The translations under genes were made by a program, and so were the position numbers. DNA of 38,519 nucleotides. Origin: a virus. Its lineage: Duplodnaviria > Caudoviricetes. Under the pieces are notes generated by a model. It was not told the origin of the DNA and made no database searches. It saw only the letters and a program-made list of their open reading frames with translations. Every line of letters begins with the position of its first letter. Within the stretch, counting starts at the first letter, position 1. Positions 17,812 to 27,509 of the stretch are shown piece by piece. The stretch covers positions 1 to 38,519 of IMG/VR virus record IMGVR_UViG_3300028588_000050; one strand, given 5' to 3'.

Positions 17812-18468
17812 ATGTCTATCGCAATCCCAACTTACGCACCTGGCGCCATCTCCAACTATTCGGAGTTGGTCGACGAAATCCGCGACATGATGGACGATGC
17901 GGACTATTCGCAGGAAGCGATTGACCGAGCATTGCGTAAGGCTGAGGCAGAGTTCAACCGCACTCTGCGGACGCCCGACATGGAAACGCGGCTAGTGTTC
18001 GACATTACGTCGGAACTGACGCAGTTGCCCGAAGATTTCCACGAGATGCGGTTTATCTTTGTGGAGTCGCAGCCCGACCGTGCGCTGGCGTCCATGTCCC
18101 CGGCTGGGATGTTATCGGCTTATGGTGGTGTGATGGGTTGTCCCCGCGCGTTTGCTATCGAGGGACGGATGTTGCGTGTCGGTCCGGTGGGCAACGTTAC
18201 GGTCGAGATGGTCTATTATCAGCGCGTGCCCGGTCTGTCGGATGCTACGGTGTCCAACTGGCTCCTTCGTAAGCACCCGGATCTGTATGTCGCTGGCGTG
18301 TTGTATCATCTGGCGCGTCGCGAGCGTGATGCTGACGGGATGGCGCAGGCTGCGCAGGAGGTGGCGACGTTGACGGACAGCATCCAGCGCAACGCCAATT
18401 CCACGCGCTGGGGTGCCGCTCCGTTGATTCCTACGGGGTTGCGGCAGATGGGTGGGACTAGGGTTTGA
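17812..18468 (+). CDS. Head-tail adaptor protein
   Basis: AEAEFNR.LR...ME, LP.DF.E.R and SNWLL.KHPDLY motifs; precedes nozzle gene. Confidence 0.8.
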   Translation: MSIAIPTYAPGAISNYSELVDEIRDMMDDADYSQEAIDRALRKAEAEFNRTLRTPDMETRLVFDITSELTQLPEDFHEMRFIFVESQPDRALASMSPAGMLSAYGGVMGCPRAFAIEGRMLRVGPVGNVTVEMVYYQRVPGLSDATVSNWLLRKHPDLYVAGVLYHLARRERDADGMAQAAQEVATLTDSIQRNANSTRWGAAPLIPTGLRQMGGTRV

Positions 18469-18469
18469 T

Positions 18470-18544
18470 GCTGCGGGCGGCTCTGATATATTACAGAGCA
18501 ACGCCGATCTGGTGGGTATCGGCAGGGTGCAGGACGCCCGCAGC
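18470..18544. other. Three-way-junction structured intergenic element
   Basis: Perfect helices 18470-79/18535-44, 18480-85/18494-99, 18503-08/18518-23. Confidence 0.6.
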
Positions 18545-18572
18545 CCTCGCAATCTGCAATAGTTAGGCTACC

Positions 18573-19991
18573 ATGTCAACCAAGCGCCTACCCTTTCCGC
18601 CGTACCTTCCCGACCAGCTCCCCCGTGGCGTTCTCACGGCAGCTATCAACGTCCTGCCAGCAGCAGACGGGTATCGACCGGTTCGCTCGCTCGCATCCAT
18701 ATCCGACCCGCTCCCTGCTACGTTCAAGGGTGGTTTTGCGGCCATCTCTACGGACGGCACGGCATTTCTTCTGGCGGGGTCTGCAAACGGCTTGCATCGC
18801 TACTCCGGTGGCGCATGGGACGATCTGCTGGTCGACATGTCCATCACCGATCGCTGGCGGTTCACGCAGTTCGGCAATTTCGTGGTGGCGGTCAACGCAG
18901 TCGAGACGAAGCAGGTCGATCTAAACGCTGGCACGGCTTCCACGCTAACCGGATGCCCTAGCGCTAACGGTGTGGCGGTCGTCGGGGATTACGTGGTCAT
19001 CACGCAGTCCGGTGGCGACAAGCTGCTGGTGTCGTGGTCAGGCTTCAACGATCACACGAAATGGACGCCGGGTGTTGACCAAGCCGGGTTCCAGCCGATG
19101 CTTACTGGCGGCGAAATCAAGGGCATTGCGGGCGGGGAATACGGTGTTATCCTCCAGCGGTTCCGCTTGGTGCGTATGGAGAGGACCGGAGATGCCACAG
19201 CCCCATTCTCATTCTCAGAAATCACGCCTAACTTCGGTTGCGCGTCCTCGGGTAGCATATCACAGGCAGGCCGCACCGTGTTCTTTCTTTCAGACCGTGG
19301 CTTCATGGCGCTGGAAGATGGGCAGGCGCTCAAACCACTAGGCAATGAGAAGTTCGACCAGACGTTCCGTGATTCCGTGGCGACTGAGGATTACGAAAAG
19401 ATCTGGAGCGCGATAGATCCGAAGCGCTCGCTGGTGATGTGGGGCGTTCCTGGCGTACCAGGGCGCATCTGGGTCTATAATTGGGTGCTAGACCGCGCTT
19501 CCACCATTGAAATCCCGTTTTCCGGCTTGTTCGCAGGCTATGAGAGCAGTGTATCGCTGGAGGAAGTCGCGATACTGTATCCCGACCTTGATACCATGCC
19601 GTATTCGCTCGACGACCCCCGGTTTCAGGGCGGGGATCCGCGCTTGTACGTTGTGGACCGTGAAAACCGCATTGGCGCGCTGTCTGGGCCTAACCTTCAG
19701 GCTACGTTGACGCTTGGGTGGACGGCTCTGGCTGACCCTATGGTGGCGCGTGTGCGGTCCGTTACGCCTATGTCGGATGCCACTACCGGCGTGACTATCC
19801 GCATCGACGCACGGCAGCGCATGGGGGACGCGCTGGGGATCGTTACGGAGTCGGGCATGCAACCTTCGGGTCGCGTGCCTATCCGCGCTCGGGGGAAATA
19901 TATGGCCGTGTCTATGATTGTGGCGGCTGGGGTGCGGTGGAGCTACGTACAGGGCGCGGACGTTGAATATAGCGAGGCGGGTGGGCGATGA
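18573..19991 (+). CDS. Tail nozzle/tubular protein (P22 gp10-like beta-propeller)
   Basis: 472 aa beta-rich; GC....SI......FFLSDRGF...DG motif; follows adaptor. Confidence 0.8.
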   Translation: MSTKRLPFPPYLPDQLPRGVLTAAINVLPAADGYRPVRSLASISDPLPATFKGGFAAISTDGTAFLLAGSANGLHRYSGGAWDDLLVDMSITDRWRFTQFGNFVVAVNAVETKQVDLNAGTASTLTGCPSANGVAVVGDYVVITQSGGDKLLVSWSGFNDHTKWTPGVDQAGFQPMLTGGEIKGIAGGEYGVILQRFRLVRMERTGDATAPFSFSEITPNFGCASSGSISQAGRTVFFLSDRGFMALEDGQALKPLGNEKFDQTFRDSVATEDYEKIWSAIDPKRSLVMWGVPGVPGRIWVYNWVLDRASTIEIPFSGLFAGYESSVSLEEVAILYPDLDTMPYSLDDPRFQGGDPRLYVVDRENRIGALSGPNLQATLTLGWTALADPMVARVRSVTPMSDATTGVTIRIDARQRMGDALGIVTESGMQPSGRVPIRARGKYMAVSMIVAAGVRWSYVQGADVEYSEAGGR

Positions 19992-20146
19992 GAAAGCCTA
20001 TTCCAGTAGATGGGAGGCGGCAAGATTGGCCGCGTCTTGTGGCGAACGGTATCAACGAACTTCAGAATCCCAAGATAGGCGAGGTCCGTTTTCTTGCGGG
20101 CGTGCTGCAATGGTGGGATGGCGAAACGTGGCAGAACGTGCCTTGA
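19988..20146 (+). CDS. Small tail-associated protein (MRKPIPVDGRRQDWPRLVANGINEL...)
   Basis: Hand-translated 52 aa; ATGA and TTGA overlaps; QWWDGETW motif. Confidence 0.7.
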   Translation: MRKPIPVDGRRQDWPRLVANGINELQNPKIGEVRFLAGVLQWWDGETWQNVP

Positions 20147-20505
20147 TCTTATCCTTTGAAGACCGCGCTCGCTTGACACCAGCAGCCGCTCGCGCGGGCT
20201 ATTCGTTGTCGGATCTTGAGCATAAACTAGCCACCGGCCACGCAATGCTTTGGCACGCTGGCGAAATGACCGTGACCAGCGAAGTAGACGAAGACGGCGT
20301 TTGCGACATTCGTTTAGGCGGCGGCAAGATGACGCGGCAGGCGTTGGCTGAATTGGAACGCGCGGTGCTTACATCGCCCTTTCATATTGACGTGAAATGT
20401 CTTAGACTGTGGGGACGAAAGGGCTGGCTTCGGCTGTTGCCCCACTGGACGTTTTGCGGTGTCGAGGACGGACTTGTGATTCTGGAGCTAAAGAATGAAA
20501 AGTAA
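20143..20505 (+). CDS. GNAT-like virion assembly protein
   Basis: TTG start overlapping upstream stop; GRKGWLRLL motif; position between nozzle and ejection genes. Confidence 0.65.
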   Translation: MILSFEDRARLTPAAARAGYSLSDLEHKLATGHAMLWHAGEMTVTSEVDEDGVCDIRLGGGKMTRQALAELERAVLTSPFHIDVKCLRLWGRKGWLRLLPHWTFCGVEDGLVILELKNEK

Positions 20506-21160
20506 GTCTAAGTCATCCACTAAGCCCGTGTATTCGGCTCAGGTAGAGGGCGCCGCCAACAACGTCACCAGCGCCTATAACGCTGCACAGCCGGGCATTA
20601 CGGCGACGGCTAACTCTCTGGCGAGCGCGGTTCCGGGGTTGATGGAGCAATATAACTCGGGAAATCCCGGCGTTCAGTCCGCCATGCAGTATAATCAGGA
20701 CGTCACGTCGGGCAAGTATCTGGACGCGGGCAACCCTTACCTACAGGGACAGATCGACCAGACTAACGCAGGCGTGCGCAATGGCCTTGCGTCGTCGCTG
20801 GGTACGCGGGGCCTGACTGGTGGCTCGGCATTTGGGGACATCATCTCCAGCAATCTTGCCAAGAACGAAAACAACCTGCGCTATACGGATTACACGAACG
20901 AGCGTAACCGGATGGACTCGGCTGCATCGGCGGCGGGCGGTATCTCTGCCGCACAGTACCAGCCGCTTTCGGTTATCCAGAGCATCCTCCAGTCTCAGCA
21001 GGCGCCCGTACAAGCAGCGGCAGGGGCCGGGTCGTCGATTGGTGGACTCCTTGGGTCTTATACAAATTCTACACAGACGCAGAATATGGGCCTTGGTCAG
21101 TTGGCTGCACAGCTTGGCGGTTCGGCGCTTAGTGCATGGGCAGGCGGGGGCTTTAAGTAA
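20495..21160 (+). CDS. DNA ejection (internal virion) protein, P22 gp7-like position
   Basis: KSKSKSST N-terminus, NPYL motif, A/G/S/Q-rich, hydrophobic Gly-rich C-terminus. Confidence 0.75.
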   Translation: MKSKSKSSTKPVYSAQVEGAANNVTSAYNAAQPGITATANSLASAVPGLMEQYNSGNPGVQSAMQYNQDVTSGKYLDAGNPYLQGQIDQTNAGVRNGLASSLGTRGLTGGSAFGDIISSNLAKNENNLRYTDYTNERNRMDSAASAAGGISAAQYQPLSVIQSILQSQQAPVQAAAGAGSSIGGLLGSYTNSTQTQNMGLGQLAAQLGGSALSAWAGGGFK

Positions 21161-21723
21161 TGATGGGCACGACGCAACGCGGCTTGTTCGGGGCTCCCAT
21201 GCTGACGGAAGCGCCACTAGCGCAGCCGATGCCCGCACCCGCCGTAGAAGCCTACAAGCGCCCGTCGACCGGACGCATGATTGCGGGCTCCATCGGTGAC
21301 GCGCTCCAGAACTGGAGCGGAGGGCGCGGCACGTTTTTGCCCGGTTTGCAGGCGCAGCAGGAGGCACAGCGTCAGGCGGCACAGTACCAGCAGCAGCGGG
21401 CGGACGAATACACGGATTGGGAACGCAAGCAGCAGTACGAAGCCGCGCACCCGACAGCAGCCAAGGACGACGCGTTTACGTCCACACTACGCAACGCTGG
21501 CATTGATCCAACGTCCCCACAGGCGCGTGCGCTCTACATGCAGCGCGCGCAAACACTCGCATCGCCCGCACCTAACTTCGTGTCGGACGGCGCTGGCGGC
21601 GGTCGCTGGGTTCAGCCTCCTGCACCCGGCATGGGCGCGGCCCCGGCTGCACCGGTTGGCAAGCTTACTCCGTTGGGCGGAGGTGCGCCCTCGCAAGGGG
21701 CGCGTACCTTTCCAGTCCGCTGA
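21160..21723 (+). CDS. Ejection/internal virion protein
   Basis: TAATG-coupled; IGDAL motif, Q-rich coil, P-rich tail. Confidence 0.75.
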   Translation: MMGTTQRGLFGAPMLTEAPLAQPMPAPAVEAYKRPSTGRMIAGSIGDALQNWSGGRGTFLPGLQAQQEAQRQAAQYQQQRADEYTDWERKQQYEAAHPTAAKDDAFTSTLRNAGIDPTSPQARALYMQRAQTLASPAPNFVSDGAGGGRWVQPPAPGMGAAPAAPVGKLTPLGGGAPSQGARTFPVR

Positions 21724-22072
21724 TATCCTGCCGCACTTGATCCAGCAGGAAAGCGGCGGACGCGTTGGCATTTCTGGCCCTCAGACGCAGTACGGACAGG
21801 CGCAGGGCATGACCCAAATGCTACCCGCTACAGCGCAGGGTGTCGCGAAGAAGCTTGGCGTTCCCTGGAGGCCGGATCTTATGTCGGGCAAATCCGAGGC
21901 GGCGGCGGCATACCAGAAGGCGCTTGGTCAGGGGTATCTTGAGGAATCCCTGAACGCTACCGGCAATGTCCGCGATGGGCTAATGCGATACCACGGAGGC
22001 CCGAACCGGCGTCTCTGGGGTCCAAAAACGAATTCTTACGCCGACAACATTCTTCGGCGCATGGGGGTATAA
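21683..22072 (+). CDS. Lytic transglycosylase (SLT) domain; start uncertain
   Basis: IQQESGG catalytic Glu, AQGMTQMLPATA, RYHGGP, TNSYA; no well-spaced start codon. Confidence 0.85.
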   Translation: MRPRKGRVPFQSADILPHLIQQESGGRVGISGPQTQYGQAQGMTQMLPATAQGVAKKLGVPWRPDLMSGKSEAAAAYQKALGQGYLEESLNATGNVRDGLMRYHGGPNRRLWGPKTNSYADNILRRMGV

Positions 22073-24726
22073 TGGCACAGCAGCAGGCACGCGACGAAGC
22101 CGGTAACATCTGGAACATCGACGAGGCGGGCAATCCTGTTTCGTTGGCGCAGGCGGCGCCCCAAGATGGTGAAGGCGTAGTCGCGCCTAACCCAGTGCAG
22201 GCACAACGGCAGGCGGTGGATCTTGGCGGCGCGCAGCTAGGCAACCAGCGAACCGCACAGCAGATTGCTATGGACGCTGTTAAGATGCAGAACGCTCCAC
22301 AGTTGAGCCAAGAAGAACTGCGCTCTATTCGATTGGACAATGCCAAGAAGGAAAAGGAGCTATCCAACCCGGCTGAAGCCAAGCAGACTCAGACGGACAG
22401 ACTTTCACGCTTGAAGCAGCTTGCAGGCGCGATCAACCGCACGCAGTCGCTTTATAACACTGGGATTGGCACGACCAAGGGCTTCCCTAGCGGTCTTCAG
22501 GATTATTTGCCTACTGACGCCAATGCGCGATTTGACGTGTCGGGCGCCGCATTGTCGCAGCAGGGGCTAGCGGCTTTCCGTGTTCCCGGTACTGGAACGG
22601 TTTCCGACCGTGACGCGATGATGTTCGACCGCGCTAACCTTCCTAGCGCCTCCACACGTGACGTTGCCGTTGACGAGCAGTTGCGTGGCATCCGTGCGCG
22701 TGTTGACGAAGAAATGCGGGCACTTGGCCAGCAGCCTGTCAACTGGCAGGCGTCGATTGATACTGACCCCGCGCAGGGCAATCAACAGATGCAGGGCGCT
22801 ATGACCGTACCCGGTGCTGGCACCACACCTCCCGGACAGACCCCGCAAGGGCCTGCTGGCTACGACGTTGGCGCCGTCGCGGGCGCTCCGTCTGGTGGCT
22901 CCGGTGGGGGTAACTTTGCCAGCGCAGCAGGCGTGGCGATGGCCAAGCGGCTGTCACAAGCTTACACTAAGGGCGCTCGAGTGCAGGAACTCAACCGCAT
23001 GCTTGCGGATAATGGGTTTCAGACTTTTTCGGATCCCAGCACGATTGAGGCAATCCAGAAGGGCGGTAGAATTAACTTCGCCCCTCCTGCTGCTGATGAC
23101 ACGCGAGGCGCGGTCGGGCGAGCAATGGGCGGGTTGGCGGACTCTGCTGGTGGCGCCTACGCTATCAGCGCTGCCGATGCCCTGACCGCTGGAACGCTCG
23201 ATAACATCGCAGGCGGACAGTCCGGGTTGGCAATGGAATACGCCCGTCAACAGTATCCCGGTGCGTCGCTGGCTGGCACGGCAACCGGTGGCGCCCTGGC
23301 TGCTGGCGCGACCGAACTTGGCCTTGGCGCTTTGGGTGCTCGCGCTGGCATTGCCGCCCTTGCCCCTCGTGCCGTTAACGGTGTGATGAAGGCGGCTCCC
23401 GCCGTAGCCCGTGGCGGTGACGCTCTTTACGGTGCTGCATATGGTGCGGGATCGGCGGACGGTCCCGATCAAAGCCGTTTGCTTGGTGCAGCACTTGGAG
23501 GCACTGGTAGCCTTGTCGGAGGCATGGCGGGGCGTCAGGCTTTCCGCACGGGCGCTGGCATTGTCGGTGGCATTCGCAACGCAGATGTGCAGTTGCTTCG
23601 CCAAAAGGGCGTACCAATGACGGTGGGCCAGTCGCTCAGTCAGTCCGGTCCACTTGGCGCAGCCATTAAGACGGCTGAAGACCTGACCACCAGCATCCCC
23701 GGCGCTGGTAGCGTTACGGCCTCCACCCGCGACAATAGCCTACGCGGATTCAATCGCGCCATGATGAATGACGGCGTTGCACCCCTTCGCCAGCAGACCA
23801 ACCCGCTTGGGGTGTCGATCAACGGCATTGGCGCGGATGGTGTTGAAGCGGTTCGCTCTGCCCGCACGATGGGCTATGACAACGCTGTTGCCGGTCGCTC
23901 TGCAATGGAAGACGCGCAGTATCTTGCCGACTATAATCAGTCGCTTGGCGCGGCTGGATCGATCCCGAACACCGGACCTATGGTGCAGGGTGAAATCGGC
24001 GCAGCGGTTCCGGGATACTTCAACAACGGCGTGATGAGCGGCGAAAACGCACAAGCCGCAATTCGCGAGCTGAAGGGCTTGCGCCGCGCACGTGAGGAAG
24101 ACCCGTTGGGCTATCGCACCGGGCAGGCTGTGAAGGGTGCGGAGAATGCCATCACGGGCATGTTCGACCGTCAGGTTCCGGGGTTCTCGAATGATCTGGC
24201 ACAGGCCAACGCTGTCCAGACCAATCTCAAGACAATTGAGGATGCTGTCGGTCGCGCGGTTAATCAGGATGGAGTTGTTACGCCTGCGCAGCTAAACATG
24301 GCTTCGCGCAAGTCTGCCAACTTCCTGACCGGCGATGGCGCAACTCGTAATCGCCCGTTTTACGACCTTGCTACGGCTGCTCAAAAGATCCTGCCGAGTA
24401 AGACTGCCGACAGTGGCACTAGCCAGCGTTTGGCTATGCAAGGTGCAGTCGGCACGCTCGGCTTGGGCGCTGCTGGCGGTACTGGTTATGCCGGTGGGGG
24501 CAAGGAAGGTGCAACGACTGGCGTGGGCCGTGCTTTGGCTTTGGCGGGCCTGTTGGCGGCTGGCGGCACTAAGCCTGTCCAGCGCGCTCTAACGGCTGGT
24601 TTGCTCGATCGTCCTGACATGCTTATCCGCGCTGGTAACGGTATAGCGAACAGGGCGCGCATTGGCGGACTTTTCGGCGCACCAATGCTCGCATCCGGGG
24701 CTAATTATCTGGGAGCGCCGCAATGA
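22072..24726 (+). CDS. Large ejection (DNA transfer) protein
   Basis: 884 aa A/G-rich with hydrophobic Gly-Ala segments, DSGT.QR motif; last of ejection cluster. Confidence 0.8.
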   Translation: MAQQQARDEAGNIWNIDEAGNPVSLAQAAPQDGEGVVAPNPVQAQRQAVDLGGAQLGNQRTAQQIAMDAVKMQNAPQLSQEELRSIRLDNAKKEKELSNPAEAKQTQTDRLSRLKQLAGAINRTQSLYNTGIGTTKGFPSGLQDYLPTDANARFDVSGAALSQQGLAAFRVPGTGTVSDRDAMMFDRANLPSASTRDVAVDEQLRGIRARVDEEMRALGQQPVNWQASIDTDPAQGNQQMQGAMTVPGAGTTPPGQTPQGPAGYDVGAVAGAPSGGSGGGNFASAAGVAMAKRLSQAYTKGARVQELNRMLADNGFQTFSDPSTIEAIQKGGRINFAPPAADDTRGAVGRAMGGLADSAGGAYAISAADALTAGTLDNIAGGQSGLAMEYARQQYPGASLAGTATGGALAAGATELGLGALGARAGIAALAPRAVNGVMKAAPAVARGGDALYGAAYGAGSADGPDQSRLLGAALGGTGSLVGGMAGRQAFRTGAGIVGGIRNADVQLLRQKGVPMTVGQSLSQSGPLGAAIKTAEDLTTSIPGAGSVTASTRDNSLRGFNRAMMNDGVAPLRQQTNPLGVSINGIGADGVEAVRSARTMGYDNAVAGRSAMEDAQYLADYNQSLGAAGSIPNTGPMVQGEIGAAVPGYFNNGVMSGENAQAAIRELKGLRRAREEDPLGYRTGQAVKGAENAITGMFDRQVPGFSNDLAQANAVQTNLKTIEDAVGRAVNQDGVVTPAQLNMASRKSANFLTGDGATRNRPFYDLATAAQKILPSKTADSGTSQRLAMQGAVGTLGLGAAGGTGYAGGGKEGATTGVGRALALAGLLAAGGTKPVQRALTAGLLDRPDMLIRAGNGIANRARIGGLFGAPMLASGANYLGAPQ

Positions 24727-24801
24727 GCGGACCTTCCATTGATGCCAAGCCTCGAAGATAATGCCTTTCAGCATAATACCTAATATGATGCCCCAACTCA
24801 T
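24589..24801 (-). CDS. Putative small membrane protein, antisense/convergent to ejection gene (MSWGIILGIMLKGIIFEAWHQWK...)
   Basis: N-terminal hydrophobic helix in AT-rich gap; GCTATACC -10-like box 7 nt upstream of ATG. Confidence 0.45.
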   Translation of the reverse strand: MSWGIILGIMLKGIIFEAWHQWKVRSLRRSQIISPGCEHWCAEKSANARPVRYTVTSADKHVRTIEQTSR

Positions 24802-24836
24802 GAGGCATGGTATAGCAGAATACAGGAGTAAGTAAC

Positions 24837-25169
24837 ATGCCATCTGCTACTGAATTCTCGACTACGCCATCTGTCAACGTAACCATCGGCGGGATCAATG
24901 TAGGCGAGGGCTGTTCACCGACAGGCATCAACGATGCAATTCGTTATATCGCAGCCGTCAGTCGCGACACTTACGACCGCATCCCGGCATCGGGTGGCTT
25001 CGTACCTACAACTGGCGGATCCTTCACCGGCGACATCTTCCGCGCGACCCGTGGCGCGTATCTGCATCATGCAGGCGCCGCGCAGACTGACGGGCGCGTG
25101 ATCTTCCTTCCCGAAGGCTCGGCACGTCCTGCTGGGTCTGAAGGCCTGCTTGTGTTCTACTACGTCTAA
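24837..25169 (+). CDS. Tail-associated protein
   Basis: AGGAG RBS; IGGINVGEGCSP.GINDAIR N-terminus of the type seen on alphaproteobacterial podophage tail proteins. Confidence 0.75.
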   Translation: MPSATEFSTTPSVNVTIGGINVGEGCSPTGINDAIRYIAAVSRDTYDRIPASGGFVPTTGGSFTGDIFRATRGAYLHHAGAAQTDGRVIFLPEGSARPAGSEGLLVFYYV

Positions 25170-25612
25170 TGGATGCTTTTATCTCTGGAGCGTGGCGGAC
25201 AGTCAGGCGGGGCGAAGTCACGATTGGCGGCGCTCCCCGCGTTATAACCCGTGGCGAGGTGTATCGCAGCGGGACTTGGCGAGAGGCCGCGTCGTTTATC
25301 CCGCCGCTGTCGCTTAATGTGTCTCCGGCCTATGTCTCGGGGATCGCGGTAACGCCCAAGCCCACCACGCGCACGATCTACACTAACTATGCCACAGCAA
25401 CGCCGGTAGGTGGGCGCGGACCGTATTCCTATTCTTGGGTAGTGGGCGGCGCATCTGCTGAAACGCCTAGCAATGCAACTACTCGGATCTTCTTCAGCCT
25501 TGGTCCCAACCAAGAAAAAACCGGCATTGCGACGGTGACTTGTACGGACAGCGCTGGTACAACAGCAAGCGCACAGGTCGAATATTACCTTTCAAATGAA
25601 AGTAACCAGTGA
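25169..25612 (+). CDS. Tail-associated protein with Ig-like domain
   Basis: TAATG-coupled; GG.GPYSYSW and TVTCTDSAG Ig-like motifs. Confidence 0.75.
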   Translation: MDAFISGAWRTVRRGEVTIGGAPRVITRGEVYRSGTWREAASFIPPLSLNVSPAYVSGIAVTPKPTTRTIYTNYATATPVGGRGPYSYSWVVGGASAETPSNATTRIFFSLGPNQEKTGIATVTCTDSAGTTASAQVEYYLSNESNQ

Positions 25613-27471
25613 TGCACCATTTCTTCGAAGCCATCACGAACACGGCAGGCGATAGCCTAATCGGGTATTTTGGCCGTGTCATCAATCGCACGACGCAAAA
25701 CACTGTCACGCTGTCGTCGGATGAAAACGGCACGCCGATTGTTGTCGTCTCTGGCGTCGAGAACATGGCCAAAACCGATGAAAATGGTAATCTTAGCTTA
25801 TATGTAGAACCCGGCACCTATCACCTCGATATCTACGCACCGAACACCACGTCGCGATTGTATCAGGTTCGCGACGTTGCGATGAATTCGACGAAGGGGG
25901 ATCCGGGGCCTCCGGGTGAGCAGGGTGAAACCGGCGCAGATGGTGAAGGTTTAGCGGAGGTCATGGCGCCTACGGGTGCGGCCTTGGTTGGCGCTAGACA
26001 GTCCTCATTGGAGCCAGCCGATCAGAAGCAGGCAGATATCAACGCGGAAACCGTGTCTGTCATGCGGTATATTCCCATTGCCGAACGTGCTGCAATTCGC
26101 GCAGGCACTTCGACCTACGATTGCACGGCGGCGTTCAATCTAGCTACCAGTGCGGCGACTGCGCCATACGTCAGCAACAACAACGCCATTTTTCGAAACG
26201 TCATTATCCCGAACGGGCGGTATGTCATCAATGGCACTGTCTACGTTCGACGGGCACAGTCTCTTATCGGTCAGTCATATTCCGGCGTTGTTATCGACCT
26301 TCAGGGTAACCCTGGTACGGCTTTCAAGCTTGGTCAGGCCGCTGGGGGTGTGGATCTTGGCGGATACGGTGTCACCGTCCAGAACATTCTCACCTACGGC
26401 GGTGCTGCAAGTTTTCCTGTGTTCGATGCATCCTCCCCTGATAGCTGGAAGATCATCAGTTGCATGATTACCGAAGCAGGCATTGGTATTCGCGCGGGCG
26501 GCACGGATGGCAAGATCGTTGACTGCATCATTGACGGCGGTTTGACGGGGATCGATTTTATCGCGACCTCCCCATTCAAGTGCCACGGCATCATCTGCAC
26601 GCTCAACAAGTTCTTTAATCCAGTAAACGCAATCCGTGTTCGTGATGGTGCGGCTGATTTGTTGATTACCGGAAATCTTATTCAGTTTGCGGAGGTGTCG
26701 TCGCTGGAGGTTGCAGGAAACAACATTCGCAACATTCAGTTTACGAATAATCTTGTCGTGGCCAATGGCCAGTTTGAAAGCCATCTAGGCGGTGTTTTCC
26801 TTAACAATTGCCCCGCCGCAGACCTTATCGTTTCCGAAAATAACTTCCGCAACCTCAAGGGTCTGGCGCTCTCTTACGGCGGCGGCTTGGGCATTAAACT
26901 TGCCTTTACCGGGAACAAGGTGGACGGAAACCGCAGCGAGGGCGTTTACGATCAGTCGACGACTGCTGGTGGTCTTGAGGTTTCCAACATGGACGCCGTG
27001 GTTTCCGGCAACGTGTTCCGCAACCTTCGCGGGCCTACCGTGTTCTGCGCACCTTCTACGGCTACCAATGTGCGACTTATCGGCAATACCTTTGCGGGCA
27101 ATACCGGCGGGTCCACTGAGGTCCAGCTCATAGGTTCTAACGGCTCGACAACCGTTACCGTGGATCCGAGCAATTATTCCGATCGGGCAATCATTCCGGC
27201 GCAGTCTGGGATCGCCGTGCAAGCCCGCAACGTAGCGCGTGGTCGGGCAACTCTGGTGGGTGGACAGGTTGTTATTGCTGAACCGCTTACCCGCACTTCT
27301 AGTCGGGTTCTGGTCCAGAGATACGCTGATGGCGGAACGGTCGCGGCATCCTACAGCGTCAGTCGCAACGCTGGCACCGGGTTCACTATCCAGGCGAAAG
27401 ATGGCGCTGGTGCAAATCAGGCGTTGGACACTTCGACGGTAGACTGGAGCATGGATTTAATTGGCTTGTGA
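25609..27471 (+). CDS. Tailspike with right-handed beta-helix (pectate lyase-like depolymerase)
   Basis: N-terminal attachment domain, short GXY, DCTAAFN.A...IPNGRY start of beta-helix, repeated I.GN.F turns. Confidence 0.88.
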   Translation: MMHHFFEAITNTAGDSLIGYFGRVINRTTQNTVTLSSDENGTPIVVVSGVENMAKTDENGNLSLYVEPGTYHLDIYAPNTTSRLYQVRDVAMNSTKGDPGPPGEQGETGADGEGLAEVMAPTGAALVGARQSSLEPADQKQADINAETVSVMRYIPIAERAAIRAGTSTYDCTAAFNLATSAATAPYVSNNNAIFRNVIIPNGRYVINGTVYVRRAQSLIGQSYSGVVIDLQGNPGTAFKLGQAAGGVDLGGYGVTVQNILTYGGAASFPVFDASSPDSWKIISCMITEAGIGIRAGGTDGKIVDCIIDGGLTGIDFIATSPFKCHGIICTLNKFFNPVNAIRVRDGAADLLITGNLIQFAEVSSLEVAGNNIRNIQFTNNLVVANGQFESHLGGVFLNNCPAADLIVSENNFRNLKGLALSYGGGLGIKLAFTGNKVDGNRSEGVYDQSTTAGGLEVSNMDAVVSGNVFRNLRGPTVFCAPSTATNVRLIGNTFAGNTGGSTEVQLIGSNGSTTVTVDPSNYSDRAIIPAQSGIAVQARNVARGRATLVGGQVVIAEPLTRTSSRVLVQRYADGGTVAASYSVSRNAGTGFTIQAKDGAGANQALDTSTVDWSMDLIGL

Positions 27472-27509
27472 TGCTAATGTTCGCTAGTTCATAAACGGAG
27501 TACACTACC

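Noticed and set aside
18470-18544. Hammerhead ribozyme or tRNA
   Set aside because: Three stems are present but the CUGAUGA/GAAA core is absent on both strands, and there is no T-loop or cloverleaf
21281-21682. Long N-terminal extension of the transglycosylase ORF
   Set aside because: Arg/Ser-rich off-frame translation overlapping the real 21160-21723 gene
9597-27471. Diversity-generating retroelement, suggested by the BPP-1-like capsid and cement genes
   Set aside because: No reverse transcriptase and no template/variable repeat pair seen near the fibre or tailspike genes
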